Shown here in pieces: positions 19,301 through 28,321 of a stretch of 64,000 nucleotides of DNA. Below the pieces are notes generated by a model. The model was not told where the DNA came from. It ran no database searches and was given only the letters and a program-made list of their open reading frames with translations. Within the stretch, counting starts at the first letter, position 1, and every line of letters starts with the position of its first letter. The stretch is from the NCBI GenBank assembly GCA_963748625.1, contig CAVVJT010000010.1, forward strand, positions 1,280,001 to 1,344,000. The letters are read 5' to 3'. This stretch comes from an uncultured Chloroflexia bacterium. GTDB taxonomy: Bacteria; Chloroflexota; Limnocylindria; Limnocylindrales; CSP1-4. The translations under genes and the position numbers were made by a program.

Positions 19301-21941
19301 AGGAGCCCCGGTCCCGGTCGCGGCAGCCACGGGTGCTGCAGCCATCGTCGGGAGTGACCTCGGCGTGGTGGCCGAGCCGGGCGCGCGCACGTCGCGCCGC
19401 CGCCTCGCCGTCGGCCTCGCGCTGGTGATCCTCGTGCCGCTCGCCGTGGCAGGCCTCCTGACCTGGTCGCTGGGCGGCGCGATGGACCGCATCGGGTCGG
19501 TCCAGGCAGCCGTCGTCAATCTCGACGAGGGCGGGACGATCACCCTCCCCGACGGCACGGAGACGACGCTGGCCCTCGGCGGTGACCTGACGACCACCCT
19601 GCTCGCGCCAGGGGCCGGTGAAGGCTTCACGTGGGTGGCAACCGACGCCGCGGCAGCCGAATCGGGCCTGACGGACGGCACGTACGCCGCCGTGCTCACC
19701 ATCCCCGCCGAGTTCTCGCGAACCGTGGCGGCCATCCGCTCCGACACCACCGGCAGCGCCCCGCAGGCGTCGCTGGGCATCGTCACCGACGATGCGTCCG
19801 GCTACGCGCTGGGCACCGTCGCCCGGGCCGTGTCCGCGGCCATCGCCACCTCCACCGCGCAGGGCGTGACCGCGTCCTACGTGGATGACGTCCTGCTCGC
19901 GGTCACCGATGCCCAGGCCCGCCTTTCGAGTGCGTCCGGCACCGCGGCCGAGCTCGCCGACGACTCCTCGAGCCTCGCCGGCGATGCGTCGGGCGTTGAG
20001 GTGTTCGCCGGGCAGCTGGTGGACGGCCTGCAGCAGCTCGTGGACGGGACGACCGACACGAGCGGCATCACGGAGCTCGTGGACGGCACCGCCGCCCTGG
20101 CCGACGGCGTGACCAAGGTGGCCGACGGGCAGCAGGCGTTGGCCAAGGGCACGAAGGCGGCGGCCGCCGGGGCCCAGAAGCTCGCCGATGGGGCGACGCA
20201 GGTTGCCGACGGCGCGGGCACGCTCGCGACCGAGACGGCCACGCTGCCGGCCCAGGTGGACCAGCTGGCCGATGGCGCCGAGCAGCTCGCGAGCGGCGCA
20301 ACGCAGCTCGCGGGGGGCTGGCACCTGCTGACCTTTGGCGATGGGACGCCGGGCAACCCGGGGCTCGTCGGGCTCGCGGCCGGCGTGAACGGCCTGGGCA
20401 AGACGGCAGGCGACCTTGATGACCTCGCGAAGCAGGCCGCCGCCAGCGCGCAGACGACATTCGATGGCTCCGTCGACGTGGCCACGAAGGCCGGCAACGT
20501 CGCTCAGGCAGCGGGCGGGCTCGCCCAGTCGGCGGGGGCGCTGGCCGGCAGCGCGGGTGCGGCCTACCAGGGCTGCGTCGCGACGTACGGCGCAGGCGAT
20601 GCCGTGTGCCAGTCGATCGACGGGCTCGTCACCACGTCCGGTGCCGTCGCCGCAGATGCGGGCACGCTCGCCAACCAGGCGGCGAACACCGCGACCAAGG
20701 CCGGTGCCGTCGCCAACGACGCCGGCATGACCGACGGGCTGGCCGACGGCGTCACCCAGTACACCGGACCACTGGCCGCCCAGCTGCCCCAGCTCGAGGC
20801 GGGGATCGAGGCCGTGGCAGCGGGCGCGGAGACCCTGTCCACCAACACCGACGCCTTCTCCACGGGCCTTGACACCTACGCCGACGGCGTGCGCCTGTTC
20901 GCCGACTCGGCGCCCAAGCTCGCCGACGGCATCTCGCAGCTGTCCACGGGCACGTCGGGCATCGCGTCGGGCGCGTCCGACCTCGCCGACGGGCTCGACA
21001 AGCTCGCGACCGGGTCAGCGGCCCTGGCCGCGGGATCGTCGAAGGCGGCAGACGGCGCGCAGACCCTTGCCGACGGCGTCGCATCGAACATGGGCGGTCT
21101 CGACCAGCTCACCGAGGCGGGCGATCTCGCCCTCGAGGCGGGCCGGCTCGTGGAGGCCCAGGCCGCCAACATCGCCGACGGCGGGAGCACCGTCTCCGAC
21201 GACGCCCAGGCACTCGCCGACGACCTCGACGCCTCCGCGTCCGGCACCGGCTCCTACGGGACCGAGCAGCGCACGAAGCTCTCCTCCCTGGCCGCCGATC
21301 CGATCGCCATCGAGGCCACGCGCATCAACGGCGTCGGCGGACTCCAGGACGGGCTGGCCCCGTTCCTCATGGCCCTCGCCGCGTGGCTGGGCGTGATGGG
21401 CACGTTCCTCCTGCTGCCCGCGGTTTGGGCCACCGACGAGCGGCGCTGGGTCCGGGGCGTGCTCCTCGGGTTCGGCGCGGCCGCAGCCGTCGGGCTTGCG
21501 GCGTCCCTGCTGATGGTCGCGGGAATGGTGCTGTTCGTGGGACTGGCGGTCGCCAGCCTGCCGCAGCTCGTCTTCTTCGCGGTCCTGGCCACGCTCACCT
21601 TCACCGCCCTCGTGCAGGCGCTTGTTGCGCTGTTCGGGTCGCGCGGCTGGCTGGTCGCGTTGCTGCTCCTGGTCCTCCAGGCGGCGGCCGTGGGCTTCCC
21701 GGCGGCGGTGATCCCGGGCCCGATCGCCGCGATCCGGCCGCTCCTGCCGATGACCTACGCGGTGGACGCCCTCCGCGGGGCGATCACGGGCGCGGGCTCG
21801 GTGCCGGCGATCGACACGTTCGCGCTGGTGGCGTTCCTGGTCGTGGGCCTGCTGGTGACGCTCGCGGGCGTCGCCAGCCAGGCGGCGCGGCGGGCCCGGG
21901 TGGAGGGCGAGGCCGGCGGCGCCGAGGGCAGCGCGGCCTGA
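16314..21941 (+). CDS. MMPL (RND) transporter fused to a YhgE/Pip-family protein with heptad-repeat stalk
   Basis: Two MMPL halves (GVGTDYAIFLISRYREE, ALGSDYNIFLMHRVREE); Pro/Val linker; YhgE N-term AAVVNLDEG; LADG heptads; YhgE C-term GLAPF...LPMTYAVDALR. Confidence 0.9.
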   Translation: MFERLGSATFRFRFLILLAWIAAGVFMATQAPSLAGSGSTDQTTFLPANAPSVQAKNALERAFPGSTSSSSATITMDRPTGLTDADRAWRDELTAWAVSDQAPEELRAAATEAETADSRPELAELFRAEDGTFELFVINLNVAEAGDAARVVTEQLREHIAATAPAGLETHVTGAAAISSDYLEAVQVGTDSTTTITIFLVIVVLLAIYRAPLAALIPLVTIGAAYVISTGILGFLAQAGWSVSSTLATFLVVMVFGVGTDYAIFLISRYREEVSHETDWHDAAKVTVKRIGAVITASAGTVIVGMLAMGAGDFKMIASMGPGIAIAIAVTLVAALTLSPALLSIFGHYLFWPLHTKEKHEGEPRGFFAALAAAVSRRPAVWTAALLVVLIVPALYLPQAESNFDVMADLPAEADSRIGYEQIGEHLGEDKLVQSTGLVDLGGEGDILAPAQLARLHALMVALHEDAGIATTTSIVTPDGDTTVPDGFRPSATLGEIADGFAGDDGTSQETDSASLLDGEVEDGLNQALDYINGLGVAFPDVAAGQAMRDAQAGLEHALDIVDRVQKQAVLTTQLRTLSASITDPSNAAASSGEDTGDDSTLMSDYLAELGAAYPEVKALDAWKDGVKAARDLEQDASISAALALADAFDALADHFAATAPDATLTPESLAGTTAAKELKKEAEDTFNALPDEFSALAAVFADRPDDFYIPTSLTGDDAEKLQDAIDAFVSADGTATRFYLTSSNSPYSGGAFQVVKDTRVVMEDHAPGFGAAATAHVGGPIAQFTDVNDTLAKDFQKVGVITVIGILLVLMLLLRAIVAPLYLVATVVISYASTIGLSAFIFQEIMGQPGISPYLPLMVFVLLVALGSDYNIFLMHRVREEAETRNMRDAVRVASGHTGAVITSAGLILAGTFGSMATAPLTILFQVGIAVAIGVLIDTFLVRSILVPAITTLVGDWAWWPSKMVHHIAVPVPVGEGAGEAPVPVPAPAPVPAGGGAPVPVAAATGAAAIVGSDLGVVAEPGARTSRRRLAVGLALVILVPLAVAGLLTWSLGGAMDRIGSVQAAVVNLDEGGTITLPDGTETTLALGGDLTTTLLAPGAGEGFTWVATDAAAAESGLTDGTYAAVLTIPAEFSRTVAAIRSDTTGSAPQASLGIVTDDASGYALGTVARAVSAAIATSTAQGVTASYVDDVLLAVTDAQARLSSASGTAAELADDSSSLAGDASGVEVFAGQLVDGLQQLVDGTTDTSGITELVDGTAALADGVTKVADGQQALAKGTKAAAAGAQKLADGATQVADGAGTLATETATLPAQVDQLADGAEQLASGATQLAGGWHLLTFGDGTPGNPGLVGLAAGVNGLGKTAGDLDDLAKQAAASAQTTFDGSVDVATKAGNVAQAAGGLAQSAGALAGSAGAAYQGCVATYGAGDAVCQSIDGLVTTSGAVAADAGTLANQAANTATKAGAVANDAGMTDGLADGVTQYTGPLAAQLPQLEAGIEAVAAGAETLSTNTDAFSTGLDTYADGVRLFADSAPKLADGISQLSTGTSGIASGASDLADGLDKLATGSAALAAGSSKAADGAQTLADGVASNMGGLDQLTEAGDLALEAGRLVEAQAANIADGGSTVSDDAQALADDLDASASGTGSYGTEQRTKLSSLAADPIAIEATRINGVGGLQDGLAPFLMALAAWLGVMGTFLLLPAVWATDERRWVRGVLLGFGAAAAVGLAASLLMVAGMVLFVGLAVASLPQLVFFAVLATLTFTALVQALVALFGSRGWLVALLLLVLQAAAVGFPAAVIPGPIAAIRPLLPMTYAVDALRGAITGAGSVPAIDTFALVAFLVVGLLVTLAGVASQAARRARVEGEAGGAEGSAA

Positions 21942-22000
21942 CGCCGTGGCCGACGCCTTAGCCGCCAGGCGGGCGCCCAGTCACGTGAACGCGCCCGTCT

Positions 22001-22146
22001 CCCGCCTGGCGGGCACTATGGACGGGATCCTGCACGTTCGGCCCGCTGGGCGACACGAGGGGGCCGCAACTGGGGCCGAACCCCTTGTTCCTGCCGCTGG
22101 GCGGCACGATCGTGCGGGATTCGGCACACAAGGCCCGCCGGGCGGC
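22001..22146. repeat. 146-bp four-box palindromic dispersed element, copy 3
   Basis: Boxes at 22001, 22042, 22093, 22134. Confidence 0.85.
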
Positions 22147-22326
22147 AGGCCGCCCGATCGAGATGGGACCGCATGGCGCGCGCTCACGCCGGGGCCGGGG
22201 GACGGCCTTGGGGGCTGGCCCCGGGGGGCGGGTGGGGCTAGCAGGCTGGCGCCTTCCGCGACGGCGGCGCACGATGTGCGTAGCGAGCCGACAGAGCCGC
22301 GGCTGAGCGCAGCGTAGGAGCCAGAC

Positions 22327-22578
22327 ATGGACCTGAACGAGACGCCCACGGTCCCCGAGACCGGGGCGATGGCAGGCATGGCGAAATGGAAGGGCGGTGC
22401 GTCGACACCGAGCGCATCCCCTGGCAGCGGCGCCGTATACGGGCTGGGGATGATCGGCGCCCTCGTCTACTTCATGGGGACCGCCGAGACCCGGACGGAC
22501 TACCTTCTCGCCGTCGGCAAGGCCATCGTCTGGCCGGCCATCCTGGTGCACCTGGCGTTCAAGAAGCTTGACGGCTAG
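22327..22578 (+). CDS. Small membrane protein (hypothetical)
   Basis: AGGAG RBS; AVYGLGMIGALVYF...KAIVWPAILV two-helix pattern. Confidence 0.7.
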   Translation: MDLNETPTVPETGAMAGMAKWKGGASTPSASPGSGAVYGLGMIGALVYFMGTAETRTDYLLAVGKAIVWPAILVHLAFKKLDG

Positions 22579-22581
22579 GGT

Positions 22582-23517
22582 CTAGGGGGCCAGCGGCTTC
22601 CGCGGCCCCGGGCAAGCCCTCAGTTCCGTCGCACCTGCAACGTCTCCGCCTCGAATGCGCGGACCGCCGCCGCGGTGCCCGGACCCGGCGAGCGGTTGGC
22701 CGTGCCCGCCGCCGACGACGGCCGGCTCCAGCGCAGCGATCGCCGTGATTGCGGCGCGCGCCAGGCGCGGGTTCCACGTCGTGTACCAGGGCGGGCCCGA
22801 AAGCCCCTGGCAGCCGAGCAGGAAGCCCGCCGGGTCGTTCACCCGCAGCGTGACGAGCGCGTCGCCGGTGAGCACCACGCGATCAGCGCGGCGCACGAAC
22901 GACACACTCCCGGGCGTGTGCCCCGGCGTGGAAAGCCACTCCCACCCGTCGAGGCCGGGGGCCACCCCTCCCGGCCCGAGCTCGCGGAGCAGCCCGGTCA
23001 GGCTCCCCTGCGCGAGGACGGCGGTCCGCCGCCGCTCGCCGAGCGCCCGCATCACCGGCAGGATGACCCATCGGTCGAGAGGCCCGGCGTAGCGCTCCAT
23101 CGCCGTGAAGTCGCCCTCGGCGATCGGAACCTCGGCGGGATGCAGGTAGACGGGACAGCGCCAGGCCTCGGCGAGGACGCGTGCCGCCCCGGCATGGTCG
23201 GGATGGTCGTGGGTCAGGAGGATGGCTGCCACGGCCGCCTCCGGCCCGATGAGCGACCGTACGGCGGCTTCGATCCGCGGGGCGTCGCCCTCCCAGCCGG
23301 CATCGACGAGGGCCCACGCGGCGCCGGCCCGCACCAGGTACACGTTGGTCTGCGTCCGGCCCCACGGCCCCAGGAGGTACACGTCCGGAGCGATCTCGAC
23401 CGGCTCTTCGGCGGGACGGGGACGGGTGGGCTGGGCATGGGCGCGCCGACGGACCGCTCCGATCGTGGCCGCAAGGGCGACCCCAGCCGCGGCGGCGATG
23501 ACGACGCGAGAGTTCAT
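22582..23517 (-). CDS. MBL-fold metallo-hydrolase; probable +1 frameshift near 22685 alters the C-terminus
   Basis: LVDAG, THDHPDHAG, TPGHTPG, TGDA, GHG; alternative frame gives a natural end GPGTAAAVRAFEAETLQVRRN*. Confidence 0.85.
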   Translation of the reverse strand: MNSRVVIAAAAGVALAATIGAVRRRAHAQPTRPRPAEEPVEIAPDVYLLGPWGRTQTNVYLVRAGAAWALVDAGWEGDAPRIEAAVRSLIGPEAAVAAILLTHDHPDHAGAARVLAEAWRCPVYLHPAEVPIAEGDFTAMERYAGPLDRWVILPVMRALGERRRTAVLAQGSLTGLLRELGPGGVAPGLDGWEWLSTPGHTPGSVSFVRRADRVVLTGDALVTLRVNDPAGFLLGCQGLSGPPWYTTWNPRLARAAITAIAALEPAVVGGGHGQPLAGSGHRGGGPRIRGGDVAGATELRACPGPRKPLAP

Positions 23518-23533
23518 GGACTCCCTCGGCAGC

Positions 23534-24661
23534 CTATGTCCCGACGCGGGCGAGGAACGCCGACATGCGCTCCAGGCCTGCAACGAGGACCTCGGGGTCG
23601 TTCGCGTAGCCGATGCGCACGTAGCCCTCACGGTCGAAGGCGCCACCCGGCACCAGGAGCACACCCTCGTCCTCCAGCAGGGCCGTGCAGAACGCCTCCG
23701 AGCTGATGCCCGGAGTGTCATGGCGCAGGAACGCCGTCGTCCCGGAGCGCGGGCGAACGTACGAGATCCGCGGCTCCTCCGCTATCCAGGCATCGAGCAG
23801 CGCCAGGTTCCTCCGCACGATCGCGCGGTTCCGGTCCAGCATGGCGGGCGCCGCCTCCAGCGCGAGCGCCGCCAGCAGGTCATCGACCATGCCGACGCTG
23901 ATCACGGAGTAGTCGCGGTGGCGGCTGACGGGCTCGCGGACCTCGGCAGGCGCCACGATCCAGCCCAGCCGCAGCCCTGCCAGCGAGAACGCCTTCGACA
24001 TCGACCCCACGCCGATGGTCTTCGGGTAGCGGTCCACGAACGACGGGCTGGTCCCCTCCCCCTCCTGGTCGAGGCCGCGATACACCTCGTCGGCGAGGAT
24101 CCACGCATCCTGGACGGCGGCGATGCGGGCGATCGCGTCGATGGTGGTGACGTCGAGGAGCGCGCCCGTCGGATTGCCGGGGTTCACCAGGGCGATGAGG
24201 CGCGCGCCGGCCGCCAGGCGTGCCAGGTCGTCGAGGTCGGGCAGCCAGCCATCCTCCTCGCGCAGGCGCAGCTCGCGCACCTCCGCGCCGAGGCTGGCCG
24301 GGATCGCCGTGTGCTGCTGGTACGTGGGCGTGATCGCAACGATGACGTCACCCGGCTCCACCATCGCCTCGTACACGAGGTGGTTCGCGCCGATCGCCCC
24401 GTGCGTGACGAGCACGTCATCGGCAGCGACGGAGCCGTAGAGCGCGGCGATCGCCGTCCGCAGCCGTTCGGAGCCCTCGATCGCCCCGTAGCCCAGCCGC
24501 ATCGGCCCAAGCTCGTCCGCCAGCCAGCCGGCATCGCGCCCGGCCAGCGTCAGCAGCTGGTCCACCGTGACCGAGTCCACGCAGGTCTCGGCCAGGTTGT
24601 AGCGGCAGGTGGTCTCCCACCGGTTCATCCAGATCTCGACGCCGAAGTCCGCAATACGCAT
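23534..24661 (-). CDS. PLP-dependent aminotransferase class I/II
   Basis: NPGNPTG, DEVY, SMSKAFSLAGLRLGW (PLP lysine); ATG at 24661. Confidence 0.9.
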   Translation of the reverse strand: MRIADFGVEIWMNRWETTCRYNLAETCVDSVTVDQLLTLAGRDAGWLADELGPMRLGYGAIEGSERLRTAIAALYGSVAADDVLVTHGAIGANHLVYEAMVEPGDVIVAITPTYQQHTAIPASLGAEVRELRLREEDGWLPDLDDLARLAAGARLIALVNPGNPTGALLDVTTIDAIARIAAVQDAWILADEVYRGLDQEGEGTSPSFVDRYPKTIGVGSMSKAFSLAGLRLGWIVAPAEVREPVSRHRDYSVISVGMVDDLLAALALEAAPAMLDRNRAIVRRNLALLDAWIAEEPRISYVRPRSGTTAFLRHDTPGISSEAFCTALLEDEGVLLVPGGAFDREGYVRIGYANDPEVLVAGLERMSAFLARVGT

Positions 24662-24709
24662 GGGGCCATGATGCCCCGGCGGGCGCATGCCGCGCCCGCT
24701 GTGCGTCCA

Positions 24710-24840
24710 AGTCAACGAAACCCCGCATCCAGCGCGGATCCAGCCAGAATGGCGCCCAGATGCGGCCCGGTGCGGCCTGCAGGTCAACAGAACCGCGCAA
24801 GAGCGCCGGCGGGAGCCTCCTTTGCGGGGTTTCGTTGACT
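24710..24840. repeat. 131-bp MITE-like element with perfect 18-bp terminal inverted repeats
   Basis: AGTCAACGAAACCCCGCA...TGCGGGGTTTCGTTGACT; degenerate internal copy GGTCAACAGAACCGCGCA at 24782. Confidence 0.7.
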
Positions 24841-24932
24841 CCTGCGCATCTCCCGGAGCGGGCACCCGCCCAACCCTCTAGGCTGCGCGGAACCCAGCGC
24901 GGGACCAGGCGAGTGCACCAGGGGAGACGGAC

Positions 24933-26309
24933 GTGGCGGTCAAGAAGACCAAGCGGGCAGGGGCCCAGTCCATCGGCGACGTGTTCGCGGACATCGGCAG
25001 GGCGCCGCGCCGCCGGATCCCGGACGACGAGATGGATCCGGAGGTCGCCTACCAGATCGTCCACGACCAGCTCATGCTGGACGGGAACGCTCGCCTCAAC
25101 CTTGCGACGTTCGTCGGCACGTGGCTCGAGCCGCAGGCCCGCCGCCTGATGGACGAGACGTTCGACAAGAACATGATCAACAAGGACGAGTATCCGCAGA
25201 CGGCCGAGATGGAGATGCGCTGCGTCGACATGATCAGCCGCCTCTGGCACGCGCCCGACCCGGAGGATTCGCCCGGGTGCTCCACCACCGGTTCATCGGA
25301 GGCGGCGATGCTCGGCGGTCTGGCGCTCAAGCGCCGCTGGCAGGACCGGCGGCGGGCCGAGGGCAAGCCCATCGACAAGCCGAACATCATCTTCGGCACC
25401 AACGTCCAGGTGTGCTGGGAGAAGTTCGCGCGCTATTGGGACGTGGAGCCGCGCGAGGTGCCCGTCGAAGGCGACCGCCTGCACATCGACCCGAAGGGCG
25501 CAGCCGACCTGTGCGACGAGAACACCATCGGCGTCGTGGGCATCCTGGGCTCCACCTACGACGGCAGCTACGAGCCGATCGCGAAGATCTGCAAGGAGCT
25601 CGACAAGCTCCAGGAGCGTACGGGCCTCGACATCCCGGTCCACGTGGATGCGGCCTCGGGCGGCTTCTTCGCGCCGTTCCTGGAGCCGGAGCTGGAGTGG
25701 GACTTCCGCCAGGAACGCGTCGTGTCGATCAACGCGTCGGGCCACAAGTACGGCCTGGTGGCCCCGGGCGTGGGCTGGATCATCTGGCGTGACGAGGAGC
25801 ACCTGCCCGAGGAGCTGATCTTCAAGGTCAACTACCTGGGCGACATCATGCCCACGTTCGCGCTCAACTTCAGCCGGCCCGGCGCCCAGGTCGTCGCCCA
25901 GTACTACAACTTCATCCGCCTCGGCTTCGAGGGCTACCGGCGGGTCCAGCAGTACTCGCGCGACGTCGCCCAGGACCTCGCCCGCGAAGTGGAGAAGCTG
26001 GGCCCGTTCGAGCTGGTCACCCGCGGAACGGACCTCCCGGTCTTCGCCTTCAAGGTGCGTGACGAGATCACGAACTTCAACGTGTACGACGTGTCCGACG
26101 CGCTGCGCGAGCGGGGCTGGCAGGTGCCCGCGTACACGTTCCCCAAGAACCGCGAGGACCTCGCGGTCCTGCGGGTGGTCGTGAAGCGCGGCTTCACGCA
26201 CGACGTGGCGTCGCTGTTCGTGGGCGACCTGCAGCGCCAGCTGCCCAAGCTGGAGCGCCAGGCCGCGCCGGCCAAAGACGCGGAGTCGAGCTCGGGGTTC
26301 AAGCACTAG
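24933..26309 (+). CDS. gadB: Glutamate decarboxylase
   Basis: DGNARLNLATF, DEYPQTAE, TTGSSEA, HVDAASGGF, NASGHKYG, LNFSRPG. Confidence 0.95.
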   Translation: MAVKKTKRAGAQSIGDVFADIGRAPRRRIPDDEMDPEVAYQIVHDQLMLDGNARLNLATFVGTWLEPQARRLMDETFDKNMINKDEYPQTAEMEMRCVDMISRLWHAPDPEDSPGCSTTGSSEAAMLGGLALKRRWQDRRRAEGKPIDKPNIIFGTNVQVCWEKFARYWDVEPREVPVEGDRLHIDPKGAADLCDENTIGVVGILGSTYDGSYEPIAKICKELDKLQERTGLDIPVHVDAASGGFFAPFLEPELEWDFRQERVVSINASGHKYGLVAPGVGWIIWRDEEHLPEELIFKVNYLGDIMPTFALNFSRPGAQVVAQYYNFIRLGFEGYRRVQQYSRDVAQDLAREVEKLGPFELVTRGTDLPVFAFKVRDEITNFNVYDVSDALRERGWQVPAYTFPKNREDLAVLRVVVKRGFTHDVASLFVGDLQRQLPKLERQAAPAKDAESSSGFKH

Positions 26310-26407
26310 CGCCGGGCGTCGCTCCTGCGTCATACACCCGGAGACGATCGTCCTCGATTCGAGTCTATGCGCGGGCCTCTGCTGGCGTGGCCACGGGGCG
26401 CGGCCGG

Positions 26408-27793
26408 TCAGCGCCCCAGCCCGCGTCCTGCGAGGAGGATCCCTGCCGCGTCATACCGCCGGGAGAGCTCGCCGAGTCGCTCGAGGACGGCTGGGGAGTA
26501 CACGCGGCGGTTCCTCGCCGGGCTGCTGCCTGCCGCGAAATTGGGCAGCGCCGTGCCGGTCAGCCACGGTGTCATGGCGTCGTACAACGCGGTCGCGTGG
26601 GCCGCAACCGCATCCGCCAGCGGGGGCACCGCGATCCCGATGGCCAGCATCGTGTACCCGGCGTCAGGGCTGCCGAAGGCGTGGCGGTCCGGGTCGCCCG
26701 CGGCGATCGCCCCGCCCATCTGGCGGATCTCCACGAGCAGCTGCGGAGAGGCAGCCGCGGGGCCGGCGAGGCGCAGGATCGTCTCCACCGCCTCGGGCGG
26801 CAGGTCGCGCAGCAGGCCGTGGTGCTCCATCGAGGGGAGCGGGTCCACGGGATCGGCGTGGATCATCGCGAGCGCTCCGTACGGCAGCGGGCCCACCGCG
26901 TCGATGAGGCTCGGGGCAACCTCGCGCATCGGCGCGAGGGCGGCCTCGCCGGCTGCCGCATCGCCGGTCCAGGCGAAGCGCACCGCGACGGTCGAGCGGC
27001 CGGCCAGCGGCTCGGGGACACCCGGCATCACCGGCAGCTGGAGCAGGACGACCGAGGTCGTGGCCTCCGGCGGCAGCCCGGGACACCACTCCGCCCACCG
27101 GCGGACCACGGCCGCCGCGTGCGCCCCGTCGAAGTAGATGGCGCCGGCGTAGATCTCGCGGATCGGCAGCAGGTCGAACTCGATGGCGGTGACGATGCCG
27201 AGGGCGCCCTTGCCGCCGCGCAGCCCCCAGAACAGGTCGGGGTGCTCGGTCGCGCTGGCGCGGCGGAGCTCCCCGTCGCCGGTCACGACATCGAACGAGC
27301 GCACGAGGTCCGCGGCGACCCCGAGCGTGCGCGCCAGGGGGCCCATGCCGCCCCCGGTCGTGTAGCCCACGACACCAACCGTCGGTGAGGACCCGGCCAG
27401 CGCGGCGAGACCGTGCGGCGCAGCGGCCTCGAGCACCGCCTGCCAGCGGACGCCTGCCTCCACGCGGGCCCAGCGCTCCTCGGCGTGAACCTCGACGCCG
27501 GTCATCCGGGCCGTCCGCACGAGCAACGCACCCGACAGGTCGTCCGCCGCACCGTGCCCGGTCGCCTGGACGGCCACGGGCACGCCGTTGGCCGCTGCGA
27601 AGACCACTGCCGCCACCACGTCGCTGGCGGTGACGGCGTCGATGACCGCCAGCGGCTCGGTGAGGACAGACACGTTCCACGGGGCACACAGCTCCGGGTA
27701 CTGCGGGTCGCCCGGAACGGCGAGCGTGGACACACGAGCGGCAAGGGGGGCGAGGTCGAGCGGCTCGTCGGAGGGGGACAGGCTGGTGGGCAC
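26408..27793 (-). CDS. FAD-binding oxidoreductase (VAO/BBE-like)
   Basis: VQATGHG, TVGVVGYTTGGG, DLFWGLRGGKG, C-terminal YD motif. Confidence 0.9.
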   Translation of the reverse strand: MPTSLSPSDEPLDLAPLAARVSTLAVPGDPQYPELCAPWNVSVLTEPLAVIDAVTASDVVAAVVFAAANGVPVAVQATGHGAADDLSGALLVRTARMTGVEVHAEERWARVEAGVRWQAVLEAAAPHGLAALAGSSPTVGVVGYTTGGGMGPLARTLGVAADLVRSFDVVTGDGELRRASATEHPDLFWGLRGGKGALGIVTAIEFDLLPIREIYAGAIYFDGAHAAAVVRRWAEWCPGLPPEATTSVVLLQLPVMPGVPEPLAGRSTVAVRFAWTGDAAAGEAALAPMREVAPSLIDAVGPLPYGALAMIHADPVDPLPSMEHHGLLRDLPPEAVETILRLAGPAAASPQLLVEIRQMGGAIAAGDPDRHAFGSPDAGYTMLAIGIAVPPLADAVAAHATALYDAMTPWLTGTALPNFAAGSSPARNRRVYSPAVLERLGELSRRYDAAGILLAGRGLGR

Positions 27794-27923
27794 GGGTCGC
27801 CTCGGTGCGGCACGCGCTGCGGCCCCGGGACGTGGACCGCATGGGCGAGCACTCGAAGGGTACGAAAGACGCCCGGCGACAGCACTGCACGTTCCGCGCG
27901 CCGGTCCGCGAGAGGAACGGGGG

Positions 27924-27984
27924 TTGACAAGGCCGCCGACGCGTCTATATTACGTCGCACGATATATCGGTCGTCGTTATATAG
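27924..27984 (+). promoter_or_regulatory. Promoter of the PadR operon with a 40-bp dyad operator
   Basis: TTGACA (27924)-16 bp-TATATT (27946); dyad CTATAT-N9-CGATATATCG-N9-ATATAG at 27945-27984. Confidence 0.7.
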
Positions 27985-27991
27985 GAGTCCC

Positions 27992-28315
27992 ATGCAGCCC
28001 CGGATCCCCGAGCTCGGCCGGTTCGCCGAGCCAGCGCTCCTCATCCTCGTCAGCCTCAGCGACGGGCCGAAGCACGGCTACGCGATCATGGCCGACGTGG
28101 AGGCCGGCACCGGCCGGCCGCTGGGTCCGGGAACCCTGTACGCCGCGCTCGCCCGCCTCGAGGAGCGTGGCCTGATCGAGGCCCTGGCGCCCGTCGACCG
28201 CCGCCGGCCTTACCGGCTGACCGCGGTGGGCGCCACGATCCTCGCCGAGCAGCTCCACGGGCTCTCCGAGTTCGCGCAGCTCGGCCTCCAACGGCTCGGC
28301 AAGCCGACAGGCTGA
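27992..28315 (+). CDS. PadR family transcriptional regulator
   Basis: LILVSLSDGPKHGYAI, GPGTLYAALARLE, RRPYRLT; AGGAG RBS. Confidence 0.92.
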   Translation: MQPRIPELGRFAEPALLILVSLSDGPKHGYAIMADVEAGTGRPLGPGTLYAALARLEERGLIEALAPVDRRRPYRLTAVGATILAEQLHGLSEFAQLGLQRLGKPTG

Positions 28316-28321
28316 CGGGCG

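Noticed and set aside
16365-20324. 1319-aa antisense ORF and other long shadow ORFs (e.g. 30686-32908, 43453-45762, 37704-39698)
   Set aside because: Expected stop-codon scarcity opposite GC-rich genes; Arg/Gly/Ala-rich with no motifs
24710-24840. GTCAAC...GTTGAC ends suggesting a HEARO/omegaRNA or an integron attC site
   Set aside because: No IscB/TnpB or integrase nearby, ends do not fit RYYYAAC/GTTRRRY, and the interior does not resemble those RNAs as far as I can tell
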